64,000 bases of DNA, taken from NCBI RefSeq assembly GCF_009834535.1, contig NC_045696.1:92010001-92074000 (forward strand). Direction: 5' to 3'. Source of the DNA: Camelus ferus. Taxonomy: Eukaryota. Made by a program: the position numbers and the translations under genes. Below the pieces are notes generated by a model. That model saw only the letters and a list, made by a program, of their open reading frames with translations. It had not been told where the DNA came from and searched no databases. This document shows, piece by piece, positions 38,651-51,199 of this stretch (position 1 is its first letter; the number at the start of each line of letters is the position of its first letter).

Positions 38651-41495
38651 AGTGTGGATTAGCTCCAATTGCCCCTCAGTCTAAAAATCCTACCAGGAAA
38701 GGAAAGAAGATGATTATTTACAAGCTGACAACAACCAAATCCTATTCATTCATCAGCATGTTTTGTTTTAGTCTCTAAGTCCCTGAAATCATTCCTCTTA
38801 TACTATATTTCATTTTTACAGGTCAATTTTAAATTTTATTGAGAAATCAAGGTTCCAAAGCAGCCAAAGTTATTTAAAAGTCCACAACAAGTAAAGGTGA
38901 AAGACAGTTAGTATCTTCCAATAGGCTCTTGACATTGATTTGTGAACTTAATACATAACGATTTGTAACTATGCCGGGGTGTGAATTTTTACAGTAAGTC
39001 TAGGGTACAGTGGGGGTGAAGGGTAGAAATAAGTGTGTCTGATGACAGCAGGGAAACCACATCTCCACTGCTTTGTGGTTCTCTTCACAGTTGTTTATGT
39101 ATCACTTATCTCTTGAGGTGACAAAAACTGTTTCTTTGTTAAAAAAAAAATTCATCAAATGCAGGAAAAATTTCAAAGTTAACCAGTGAATTTGGTGTGT
39201 GAGGATATACTCAGGAAACGGGCTCTCAATTAAAATGTTATATGGGAGAAAGCCAGGACCCTGTTGAAGCATTTCTAGATTCAGAAAGTTCCAATATATT
39301 CCCCAAGGATGTTAAGAGTCTACTTTTGCAATCCCCAAAACATTACCACTACTGGAGGGAGAATACCAGGACTTGTTTAGCAACAGAAGCTACATCAGCA
39401 ACAACCACCGCATATTGTTTTAAAAACCAAACGCAACTTCGTAATACAGAAAGGGGCCTCCTTGTCCTCAGAAACATACATATTTTTCAAAAGACAAATG
39501 AAGCATATTATAGAAAAATAACATAAAAAAACAAGACACATCAAATTTAAGATTCCTAATGAACTACTCAGAGAATAAAAAAGTGCTTTCTTCAAAGAAT
39601 CAGATCCCTTGAAAAAAAACTGGATCTTAGAGTAAAAAGCAAAGAAAACTTTGTAAAATGACAAATGGTGTCTCCTCCACAATCTAGCATTCATTAACTA
39701 ATTCTGAAAATATTTACTGAATATTGTGCCAGGTGGAAAAGGGGTGGCGATGAGCAACTAATCCTCTTCTCTCTTGTCCAGTAGACTGAAAGAAATCCTT
39801 GATGCAAAGGCCCATGACTTCATCAAGTATGCATCCCAGGTACTCAGTACAGTGCCTAGCACAATGCACACAGTGGATGCTCCATATTTTGGAGCTGAAT
39901 TACTGAAGAAAAAGCACCTATTAAATACCTAGTTCTGTGAGCCTCTACGGTTCAATACCAACAAAATGAGAAAATTAAGTCCCCATTAAAATGGATATTA
40001 GACATCTAACTGGAGAGATTCATAAATCTACCTGTGTAAAATGCATAATAATCAAATTCAGAAAAAATTTTAAAAAATTATATAACGAGGTGTTAGCGCA
40101 CATGGCAAGTACAAAAGAAAAGGTAGAAAAAGGAGAGTTCAGTGTGAGCTGGCATTGTTAGGAGAAGCTTCATGAAGAAGGAGGGACTTGACATAAGACA
40201 TAAATCAACTGGAAAGCAGCCAAGCCAGGAATTATTATTCATCATTTGGTGCTCTTGCCTCAAGGCACAATTGGCACAGATTGTGGTATTCCCTCTCCAC
40301 CACACCAAATCAGCCTGTGCCTTCCCCCACGCACGCGCGCACACACACCATTCCTATCACACCCAATCAAGGCAAAACAGAGTCGAAACCCAGTTCATTT
40401 ACACGGGTGCAAACACACACGCTACAACTTTCCCTATTTTTGCCCTCTGTCAAACTCAGAAATAAAACCGAAGAAAGGGCAGAGAACTGGAGGAGTGGCT
40501 GGAGTGGGGAAGTCACTAGAACCTAGTTCCTCAATGAGTTTGCATAACAGAAAAATAAAGATTGGAAGGACACTTCCTCCAGTCCCTGCTGCAGGCGACC
40601 TACCGCCCCACCCTTCACCTCGTGATGCCCCCGGGTTCTCGGGCACTCCCGGCCCATCGCACGGTCCCTGGAAACCGCCCCCTCCCAACTCAGGACTCCG
40701 GGGACCTAGCCAGGGTCCGAGCGACGCCTCCTGCTGGCGGCGGCGGTTTGTGCAGCTGGGCGCCGTGGGGGTCGCACCAACTCCTGCGCAGCGCGGCCAG
40801 TTCCGGGTGTTCCAGAGCATCCCGCCTGCCCCTCAGCCAGGGCGCCCCCGCTAAACCCTCGGGCCAGCCCCTCTCAACCAGCGACCCCTGCCCGGCTGCC
40901 CTCTCTTCCAGAGGCCACTCGCAGCGCCTTGCACAGTTAATTTCTTTTCCTCCTCCACCGACCTCCCCGAGAAGATCGTCCCGCGAGTCTCCGACCCGAG
41001 AAGAGCAGGGGAAACGCGGCGGGCGCTTCTCAGGCTGGCGAGAAGGAAGGCGAAGACTTCGAAGTTAATCTGAAAACAGTCTGCAAACTTCTGGCTGCAG
41101 CCGGAACGCGGGTCCGCTGGAAGGCTCCCCTCAGCGGCCGTGCCCTCCCCCTCAATCGCCCTCCCCCTCCCCCTCAGAGAGCTGGGGTCTGCCTGACGGA
41201 GGCTACCGCGTAGACGCGCCCCCGAACCGCCCTGACCCAGTGGGAATCGGGAGACGCCGGCGCCCCTGACTAAACCCTTCGATGTCTTACTCTGATTTAT
41301 ACACCTGCCAGAGGCCCAAAGTGACTGAGAACTGTAAACCGATGCCACTCCGGTATTGACGAGATCCGAGTAAATTTAAACATCAATCACCTCAGATCCG
41401 TGAAAGCAGGCAGCGAGGCCGGCGCCCCCTTCCGTGCCCGCCATCCCAGCTACTGTCCTTCATTGACCCCTCGGAGCCCACCCGGAGCCCTTTAC

Positions 41496-41698
41496 CTGAA
41501 CGGGCAGCCTGAGGGACCGGACCAAAGGGGGCGAGTCGCGGCGCCGCCGGCTAGCGGGCAGTGTCCGCGCCAGGAGGTCGGCGGGGAGGACTGACTCGGG
41601 CGTCTAGGGGTCGCAGGCCGAAGACGCGGCGAGCGGCGCTCTGGCCATTCCGCCGCCGGGAGCGCAGAAAGCCGCGACTGCACTCCCGCTCCAGCTCG
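41496..41698 (-). other. TIPARP: TIPARP non-coding exon 1 (TSS approximate)
   Basis: GC-rich segment starting ~30 nt downstream of a TTAAAA TATA-like box and ending at donor CAG|GTAAAG (41496/41495). Confidence 0.7.
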
Positions 41699-41722
41699 CT
41701 CGCCTGTCACCCCGAGCTCTGC

Positions 41723-41776
41723 TTTTAAGTGGCTTCCGGTCGCCTCCTCTCAGCAGCCCAGTCGCGGAGGCGGAGC
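41723..41776 (-). promoter_or_regulatory. Core promoter: TATA-like TTAAAA (41728-41723), ETS site ACCGGAAG (41739-41732), GC-box-like GGAGGCGGAG
   Basis: Motifs read directly and positioned just upstream of the predicted exon 1. Confidence 0.55.
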
Positions 41777-41849
41777 CTGAGCAGCAGAGGGGTGGGGTGG
41801 GGTGAGGGGACCGGGAGCTCAGTGGGTGCCGGGAAGGAGGCCCGCCCCC

Positions 41850-41975
41850 GCGTGCGCGTGCGCGCTCCCGGGCGGGGAGGCGCGCGCGAGGTGTGCGTGC
41901 GGCGGCCGCGTGCTCCCTGAAGGGGGCGTGTCCTTCCCCCACCAGCTGGGACCCAGAGGGTCCGTGTCTGCACGC
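41850..41975. promoter_or_regulatory. Cluster of six AHR/ARNT XRE cores (GCGTG/CACGC)
   Basis: GCGTG at 41850, 41856, 41895, 41908 and 41926, and CACGC at 41971. TIPARP is an established AHR target gene. Confidence 0.55.
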
Positions 41976-43295
41976 GTATAGGATTGTGCGGCTGGGAGGA
42001 GGGGATGTGCGCCGTGTGGGACGGGCTCCACCTTCCTGCGGACAGATGGAGGGTCACTTTGTTCGGAGGAAACCCAGGGAGGATGTGAAATGGAACAACC
42101 CGTTTCTGTGCGGTTGGCTTTTGTTTATTTGCCTCCTCACAGAAGGCCTCCTGCTCCTGACGCCGCCCACCCGGAAAGGAGGCGATCGGCTGCTAGAGCT
42201 GCTGCGGCCAGACGGGGTCGCCCGCCCCGTACTGGACGGGCAGGCCCGGCGATGTACCAGGGCCAGCGCTTGCCGGACCTGGTTGCGGGCATTCCTGTTT
42301 CACGGGAAACATTCGCAGCATTGCAGGAGGGAAACGTAGCTTTGGGGTTTTGACGATAAAAGCGCGTCTGTGTGTTTTAAAGCCCACAAACACGTAGTGA
42401 CTTATTTATTCATCAAATATTTGTCCAATGCCTGTTGCATGCCAGGGGGTGCAATAGAGACTTAAGACTACAGTCCTGATCAGCCCAGACATGGAGCTTG
42501 CAGAGCACCATGTACTTACTTCTGAAATACACATCGCATGTGAATTTGCCATATTTTCTGGTAAAATGCCCTGGATGGTAGGTCCTATCTAGTGAATAGC
42601 TTTTCAGTGGTGGAGGAAGAAACACTATGCTAAACTCGTATAATTGCTATATGGGGTGCGGGGGCAGGCCCTGATCATAATCAAAGAAAATTAATCGTGG
42701 CTGTATTCCCAACAGCTGACAGGAAGGGAACACAGATTGCAAAGAGATACTCTCTTCCTGTGTCCTGAAATCTAAAGTGACTTAATACCGTAACTGTAGA
42801 GCCATTCTGGGTTGAAAAATGCCAGCCATTACCTTACCAAACATGGGAGCCTGTAAAAAAAATAAGAGGTGGTAGTAATAAATATTATTCTAAGCCTTTC
42901 TTAAAAGTGTTCTAAACCAAGCTGGGTGACACAACAGCAAAGAATAGATTAAAGGTAGTATCCGCCCAGCAGACTTATTTCAAGTGGCACAAGGAGGGGG
43001 GTCTTGACAAGGTGGGAATGACATGGGCATAATTCAGAGACTAATAAGTAAAATAATTTCCAGGCTTTAAAAATTGTGTTGCAACAAAATCTTGGTCTGT
43101 GCCTAAACATTTATGGAGTTTCCCAGAAGCAAGTATCTGAGTTTAAATCTACCATTTTACTGTTTGCTATTTGTCTCACTGTCCTATGTTCTTTTTCTTC
43201 CCTTTTATGCCTTCTTTTGGATTTAGTATTTTAAATTCTATTCTCTCTCAACAATAGGTTATTTGTTATACACATTTTTTATTCTTTTAGTAGTG

Positions 43296-43720
43296 TTTCA
43301 GTTATTTATTGCTGTGTAGAAATGACTCCAAAACTTACAACTTAAAACAACAACTCTTAGATGCTCATAATTCTGGATTCTCTGGCTCAGGAATTCAGTC
43401 AGGGAGTGGTGCAGGTGGCTTATCTCTGCTCCATGATGTCTGGGGTCTCAACTGAGGTGGCTCAGATGGCTGGGGCCTGGCTGTTGGCTGAGTTCTCTGG
43501 TTTTTCTCTACATGGCTTCTTCGTATGGCTAACTTGGGCTTCCTTAAAGCATGGAACCCTCTCAGGGTTCTAAGAGGGAGCATTCCAAGAGGACAAGCCT
43601 CAATGTGCAAGCTTTTGTTTGCATCATGCTTAATAATGCTATTGTCCAAAGCAAGTCACAGGACCAAGCTCAGAGTCTATGTGGGAGGGGATTGCCCAAG
43701 GCCGTGAATAATGGAAGATG
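43296..43720 (-). mobile_element. Old MaLR (MLT1-type) LTR
   Basis: cagttatttattgctgtgta...cttaaaacaac...caggaattcag...gcttatctctgctccatgatgtctgggg...aaagcaagtcacagg. Confidence 0.7.
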
Positions 43721-44479
43721 CTTAGATTAAGAGCAGATCACCTTAATCCAATCAAGGATTAATAATTAAAAGTTACTCCCAGGGTGTAGCCCTTTGGAAT
43801 TCCAATTTATTTTTCACCCTCCACTGCCCCCAGTAACTCTCCTTGAGGAGTAACTCAACCTCTCTACTATTGCTTTCAGGGTGTCAGTTGGCTCAAAGTG
43901 AAAAATGACACCAGATTCTGGACTCACCACTCTTGGATGTAGGCTCCTCAGACTGCTAAAATTTTACTGCTCCAGAAAATGTATCCTCCACAATGTCTGC
44001 CTCAGATGTGACCTCTGGAATATAATGGAGTAGTAAGATCCTCCTACAGAAGAGAAACAGGAACTGACAGATTAACCAAGGGCATTGATTCTTTGCTTTA
44101 ATTATCCAACAGGATTTGAGATGTCCTTTGGACTAGTGACCACTATGTGTTTCCATTTTCTGCTTTCTGAATAGGAATTTTACCAACATCTAGTACCTTG
44201 TCTATCCACCATTACTTTTTAGTATTGAGGCAGATACATATATATATTGGTGCCAGCGTACGAGGAATGACACACTTGCTGGGGAGTACCCAACATCATC
44301 AGGATTTCTGGATCTTGGACTCTAAGTTTCTTGCAGAGATGTTGGGATTTTTTTTTTTCTTTTAGGGAGGGGATGAGTATTCCTTACATGAGAAAGAGGG
44401 GGAGACACTGCTTGTTGCCCCTTTCTTATTAGAAAGATCTAACACTGTTATGGGGTTTTTGTTTTTTGTTTTTGTTTTC

Positions 44480-44916
44480 GCAGATAAGGGCTAGCAATAT
44501 GCTTAGCCCCCAAACACATTTCCCTAGATCCTGTACATTATGGGTGGCCATGGGATATAGTTCTAGACATGGTGAAGGTTTCTAAAAAAGAACTTTTTTC
44601 CCTAATATAGAGATACCACAATTCATTTCTTCCTTTTTTTTTTCTTCCTCTTAGAATACTAATGTGAAGATGGAGATGGAACCTCATGACAAAACTGAAG
44701 GTGAACATGATGTGGAAAATATGAGGATGGAATCCACAAGCTAAGGATCCTGGCACAGGATGATGGGAGGAGTCTGGGTCATTCATGATATCTTAAAACT
44801 GCTGCAGCAGTCCTAGAGTGGCTACCCTTAGACTTATCGTTAAGTCTGAAAAATAAACCCGTATTTGGTTAAACCGTTTTCTGTTATGTGTAGCTAAACA
44901 TGTTCTTGGCTAATAC
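44480..44916 (+). mobile_element. ERVL/MaLR-type LTR remnant (LTR33/LTR16-like)
   Basis: 3' end aaaataaacccgtatttggttaaaccg...ttttctgttatgtgtagct...ctaataca. Confidence 0.55.
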
Positions 44917-47900
44917 ATCTACTATCATAAGCTATCTACTAACTAGTCTTCCTGCTTGTAGGCTCTACCAATTGGACAGCAGCAGCATGACCTAGCATAT
45001 AAGAGCTATCCCAAAGCAGCACATCTACTCCTATAGCATTTCCTGCCAATTCCCCACATACCAAACTATATAGTTAAGAAATACATGTTTATGAAAGAAA
45101 AAATAGAAAGTAGAGAGAAGACATAAGAATACCCATAGTTGAAACTTCTCGTCCCACTGTAACATTTTGCTATACTTATGCACTCTTATTTTATTCAAAG
45201 GTTTTTAATGATAACATTACAGTGTATTCATATTTTACCTAACACTATATTATAAACAGCTTTTCATGTTAACAAAGGGAAACAAATAGCTTTTAAACAA
45301 ATAGCTGTTTAATATTCCAAGTAACTATAACAAGTTTACTTAACTGGTTTCTTGTCACTGAACTTAATTCACTTAAAAAAATCATTTATTCACTGAGTAT
45401 CTACTACATTAAAGTCACTGGATTAATGATTATTAGTGCATGTACGTCACTAAGTGGCTTCTCTTTGAATGCTCTTTTACATTCAAAAGACACAAATACA
45501 CATACAACATATAAGGCATATGCACACTTTCTGTGATGTGGCCCTAAGCCATTTAATTCTTTTCAAATATACTTATACAATTGAAATATTCTAAGTTCCT
45601 TTCCATGTATCCATTTTATGGCTAATTTCCATTATCCTTGTCTGCTGGATTTGCTTTAGCATGACTGATAAGTTTCATATAGTACTTCCAATGAACAACT
45701 CATTCATGTAAAAGCTGAGACTACTTGAAATTTCAAGTGACCCAAGATCTCCTGTTCTCATCTTTATTAACAGATTGCTTGCTACAAAGGTTAAGTATTA
45801 ATATCTGTTTCTTTTTGTTTTCACAATTATTAGTAATAGTTAATTCCCCAACATCCTTTTGGTGGAAAGATAATCATTTCTGGTTACCACATCGAGAAGG
45901 AAACAGTGACTAGCATGACTCAGAGAGCATAATGAAAGACTTGAGATTTGAAAACAGAGGCCGTAGCTCTCAGCTATGCTGTTCTGAGATTAAATAGAGA
46001 ACACTGCCAATTTGCATAAATGGCATATTGACAATTCCTTATCTGTGAGTGCTAAGTCCAAGCTATAATTTTTTCTATGTACATAAGGACAATTTATTCT
46101 CCACCTCAAAGTGCATGTATCTAATATAGTCAAAGTGAAAGAAAAGTCAAACTTGCTCCCCAACTGAATTACTGATATTTTTAAACATATAAAACCTATT
46201 ATTGAAAATTGTCTTGATATTTTTACCAATGTGCCAACTCCTGGAACTTATCTAAAGGAGGGTTTCCTATTTTCCTGAGGAGTTCTACACTGTTGGATCC
46301 TTGAGTAAGAAGAGAGTTGGGCTGAAATTTATTTACCTCAAGTGGGCCTTAAATATGGTGTTGGTAGAAGACTGGAAAATGCTACTAGAGAATATGTCAC
46401 AGCAATGAAAAACAGAATTTCATCAGCAAGAATTAAGGGTGAGTGAATTCAAAGCTCAGAGGTAGGTCGGTGTCGAGCTTGACATGAACATGCTCTGGTG
46501 AATGTGAACTTAAGATTCATATTTTCAAAAAGTGATAGAATATTCACGTTGCAGACCATTTCCAAGTTTTAAAAATATTTCTCACTTATAATCTCTTTCT
46601 TGAAACTCATTTCTTTTCTCCACCTCTGATGAGGCAACAAGGTACCTCTATCTGGGAAAGGTGAGAGTACAAGGATGAAATCTCAAATGCTTATGCCAGG
46701 TCACAAACTATTCTGTTTATCTAAGATTTGCATTTGTAACTGCCTGACCATCTGCTGGACTGTTCTTATCTTCACAGGATTCATGACAGTCAAGTGTGCT
46801 CTTTAATCCCCTTCATTTTGGACCTGTTGAGTAATTCACACAGCACATAATCAAAGTATCATCTGATCTAACTGGCTTTGGAAATGCTTCATGAAATGCT
46901 TCCTTCAGAGAAGTCCCCACATGTTTTCCAGGCCATTCATTCAGTTTATTCAATTCATATTTATTGGCTGCGTATGTGCCAGGCACTAGTTATACAATGA
47001 TGACTAAGTAATCTCTATTCTCTGTCAGTTTCTTACAGTGAAGTTTGTGAACTGATCACACAGATCACCTGGGAAAGTCCGCTGCAGATCCCCCAGCCCC
47101 ACCCTAGACCTCCTGAATCGAAATCTCAGAAGGCAGAGGACTCTGCATTTTGAAGATATTCTAGATACTGCTGCTTTGAGAGCTCAGTCTTTTAAAACAC
47201 TCTAGGGTAGGGCATTTGAAACCTGGGGAGGTGATGGGGAGCAGAGTGGAGGGGATAGTGCTGGGAGGAAAGGAGACTTGGAGAGTGTAGCCAACCAGAA
47301 AACAAACCAATACCCTATAGTGTGGTAAGTACTATAATAGAGCTATACCTGCAAAGTGCTAAGATTATATAGTGAGGAGGAACTAAGCCTAACTATATAT
47401 TGTCAGAGGAGAGAATTACCAGATTTCTTGAGGTATCCAGAATTATTATCCCTTAGCATGTTAAGCAACTCAGTTGTTTCTACTTGGAGTACGCCTAAAT
47501 TTAATACGAAAAAGTTTACTTAAAAAAAAAGTGAATTCCTAAGTAATTAAAGATGATCTTGAAAATTGTATGCAGCAATCATCTGAGTTAATAGCATTTC
47601 TACTGTGTGAATTAATCCTCAGGATATAATTAGGGTATGTGCACAGGTTTGGTTACAAAGTTATTCCCTGCAGCAAATAAATGGTGTCCAAGTGCTCATT
47701 TTCATCAAGTCCCAGAATCAGTTCTCCATTGACAACTTCCCTGTCCCCACTTTTTATACTGTCATAAGACATTCTGGGCCATAAATAGTTCCCATTTTTG
47801 CTCCTCAGGCTTTTCAAAGTCAATATGCTATAGAGATAGTAAAGACTTTTTCCAATGACAAAAATAGAATTTAGGAATTTAATTCATCAGTAGCCCTGGC

Positions 47901-48299
47901 CAGCCGTACTGGGCAGGATCATGTACATAGCATATATTTTAATGCTGATGTCCAAACTCAATATGATGACTTTGGCAGATTGGACATCCTAGCCTTTCAC
48001 TGAGGAGAGATGATTCTGACACCTAGCTGCCTTTCATCTTTGACTCCTCTAGGCATATAGTTCCTAGACAGCAGGTTTTCAGCTTGGCCCATACATGAGA
48101 ATCACTTGAGCCATTTACTATATATATGCATACACACATATACGTATATGTGTGTATCTGTTTCTAGTCTCTATACAAGAGCGATCAAATCAGAATCTCT
48201 CAGGTGGGGCTTGTGCATTGAATATGAATTATGTCTTATTTATCTTTTCCTCCCTGGTTCCTAGGAGAGCAATTGACATTATCAGGTACTTAATGACCT

Positions 48300-49600
48300 A
48301 GTCATTCAACACATATTTGTTGAGTATTTGTGTTCTAGGCATTTCTAAGTGCTAGAGATACTAGAGAATAGAACAAATGGTCAACTCTTATCAATATTCT
48401 AATGGGAGGAGACAGATAGGAGGTATTGGGTAGTGATGAAAGCTACAAAAATCACATGTGGTTAAAAAAAGGAAAAGCGAAACAACAACAAAAAAAGACA
48501 TAATAAAGGTAAACAACCACATAATATATCAAACAAGGACACATTAAAAATAATTATTTATAATTATGTTAAGACAATACAAATGAAATAGGACTGTCCC
48601 GGATAAATCAAAATGTACAGTCACTCTGCATAAGGTGTGAAAGAATACTGTGGTAAGAAACAAGGTGTTTAAAAGTGATGTGCTGTTCAGGAAAGGCATT
48701 TCCTAAAAGGAAACATTTAAGCAGAAACTTGAAGATACAGGAACTAAATTTGATATTAGGGGAAGAGCATTCTGGGTAGATGGAATAGCATCTGAGGTAG
48801 AGGCGAACTTGGCATATTAGGAAAAAAAAAATCACAGAAGCCAGTTTGATTCGAGTGGAATGAACACAAAGAAGTTCTGCTGAAGAGGTCAAAGGGCTGG
48901 CCAGAGACCAGATCTCATATCTTTTAGGCCCATGGTAAGGACTCTGGATTCCACCTTGAGACAGGAATCTAAATAATTTACATTTTAAAAGGATAACCCT
49001 GACTGCTGGGTGAAGAAGAGCCTTGTTGGATGGTAAGAGTAAAAGCAGGAAGATCAGTTATTAGTGTAGGCAAGAGATTATGGTGGCTTGGACCAGTGTA
49101 GTAATTGTGGCGGTGATGAGATGTGGTTGGATTCTGGATGCATCATGGGTAGAGCCGAGAGGGTTTGCTGTCGAATTGGATATGGTGTAGAAGGGAAACT
49201 GAAGAGCCAGGGATGACCCCTCAGTTTTTGAGCAGTTAGAAGAATGGAGTTGTCATTTATTGAGATGGGGAAGACTATGGGAACCAGGCTTTGGGGGAAC
49301 AAAGGGAAATAAGAGTGTCATTTTGGACATGTTGAGATTGAGATATTAAACAAGTTAATACTGTATAGCACAGGGAACTATATTCAATATCTTGTAATAA
49401 CCTATGGTGAAAAAGAATATGAAAACAAATACATGTATGTTCATATATGACTGAAACATTATGCTATACACCAGAAATTGATACAACATTGTAAACTGAC
49501 TATGCTTCAATAAAATTTTTTAAAAAGTGAGATATATTAGATATCCAAGAGGTGATGGTTAGTAGGCAGTTAGATAATGAAGACTAGAGTTTAAGGGAAA
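48300..49600 (-). mobile_element. L2 element interrupted by a younger L1 insertion
   Basis: tcattcaacacatatttgttgagta at the L2 end; L2 body tggtggcttggaccagtg...ttgtcatttattgagatgggg...ttttggacatgttgag. Confidence 0.7.
49349..49527 (+). mobile_element. 5'-truncated L1 3' end (artiodactyl-type)
   Basis: tactgtatagcacagggaactatattcaatatcttgtaataacctat...cattgtaaactgactatgcttcaataaaa, flanked by tgagatat repeats. Confidence 0.8.
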
Positions 49601-50659
49601 AGTTGGGACAGCTTTGCTGTCATACTTAAGAATACCCCATTTCTAAACCTACGTAGTGAACATACTGGATCCTCCATTTGATGTGACGCTTAATTAGGAG
49701 GGCTTAAATGTGTGCCTTTTACAAAGAGTACTGGGCTGTATTCTGCATTTGTAGAGAAGGAAGCTTTATTTTTCACAAAGCTTGAAAGTGAGGTGTTGCC
49801 CAGTGTGTTCATTCATTTCATATTTCTCCAGCAGAGGCAAGGTGTAATCCCTATAAAAACTAAGCTAATTTACAGTTCCTATTACCTAACCTGGTCAATG
49901 AAGACCCCATTTGGGGAAGCTGACTGAAAGAAAAATTAATTTGAGGTTAAAGAAACAGTTGACATTTGTAAGTTCTGTGTGTTTAAAGAAAGAAAAATAG
50001 CCAAGTCCAAGTTGGGCATATTACAATATGAAAATTAAAAACTGGTACAAGCACATGCAAGTTTCTAGTAATGTAAGCCCAGTCTGGTTTTAAAACAAAA
50101 ACCTATAGTACCAATTAGAGTTCCCATTATTTATTGACTTCTTGCCTACAAACTTTAAAAAAGCAGCTGTTTTTTATTTTCAAATGCAAAACAGATGGAA
50201 ATTTACTCTACCATGGAAATCTACATTAAACAAAATATTTGCAACATGATTTGCTGTATTATTTTGGCTTTACCTACCTGAGACTCTGACTTTTATTTTT
50301 CACTTTCTGAAGAGTTAACTAAATTGGAAATCAAAGATCTGAATTGGCTTTTTCTCAATGATCAGTGTGTTTATATTGAAACCAAAGAAACCTCTTAGTT
50401 TCAAAGTTTTGCAATGTTGCCAAAAAACAATGTTCCTTTGGTTAAAGATAACATTCTATGGACATGAAATTAATGTGACTGTAAGAGAAATGGAAACCGA
50501 AACTGTTTATCAGACTTTGAAGTTAAAAGCTAGGAAGTTTTAGCTGCATCAACAAAACCCTAGATGCAGACCTGTTGGTGGAAATAAATGGGCTAACTGC
50601 ATAGATAAGTGACCCAGAAAAGGACTGGTTGATTGACAGTTGTTTTTTATTCATTATTC

Positions 50660-51190
50660 TATTTTATTGAATACCTGCTATAAGACGTTGCTGAGCATGT
50701 AGTGAGGAACAAAAAAGACATGATCCCTGCCTCCATATAATATATGAAAGATGACAAATAATACTCAAATAATCATTCAAATGGACATAGAAATACAAAC
50801 TTTAATAAATGCTTTGAAGAAGAGCAGAGTGCCCGGACTGAGACCTACCTAGGCTGGGGGAGCCAGGGAAGGCTTCCTTGTTGAAGAAACGCTAGACTGA
50901 GCTCTGATAATTGAGCATCAGCTAGCTCAGAGGGCAATGGGTGGGAGAACTGAACAGTGGTCAGGAGACAGGCACCACAAGTACAAAGCCAGAGTTGTGA
51001 AAGTGTGGCTTGCAAAAGAAGAGCAAATGGGTCTAGAAAGTAGAAACTGAAAGGCAGAGAGGCGGGAGATGATTTGGGGATGTAGACCTTCAGACCTCAT
51101 TAAGAATTCTGAAGAAAAATAGGCAGTCACTAAAGTGTTTTAATGAGGAAAACGATGTGACCACATTTTTATTTTTAAAAGTCAACCTGG
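50660..51190 (-). mobile_element. L2 fragment
   Basis: tttattgaatacctgcta...agacatgatccctgcc...cagggaaggcttcct. Confidence 0.6.
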
Positions 51191-51199
51191 GGTGGAACT

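Larger units (their letters stand above)
13650..41698 (-). other. TIPARP: TIPARP (PARP7) gene span, 6 exons; ends approximate
   Basis: Five coding exons join in frame via GT-AG junctions to 1974 nt. The protein matches TIPARP as I recall it: MEMETTEPEP start, CCCH zinc finger, WWE, PARP catalytic domain ending EEVSNTVSI. There is a CpG-island promoter at the 5' end and poly(A) signals at the 3' end. Confidence 0.97.
40590..42400. promoter_or_regulatory. CpG island over the TIPARP promoter, exon 1 and proximal intron 1
   Basis: Very GC- and CpG-rich compared with the CpG-depleted, AT-rich flanks. Confidence 0.92.

Noticed and set aside
38651..38668. N-terminal extension MELIHT from the ORF track
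   Set aside because: It starts at TTG. The ATG at 38650 has strong Kozak context and gives the expected 657-aa protein.
40246..42393. Many overlapping 60-200 aa ORFs in the promoter region
   Set aside because: Pro/Arg/Gly/Ala-rich ORFs are expected from stop-codon scarcity in a CpG island, and no domain is recognisable.
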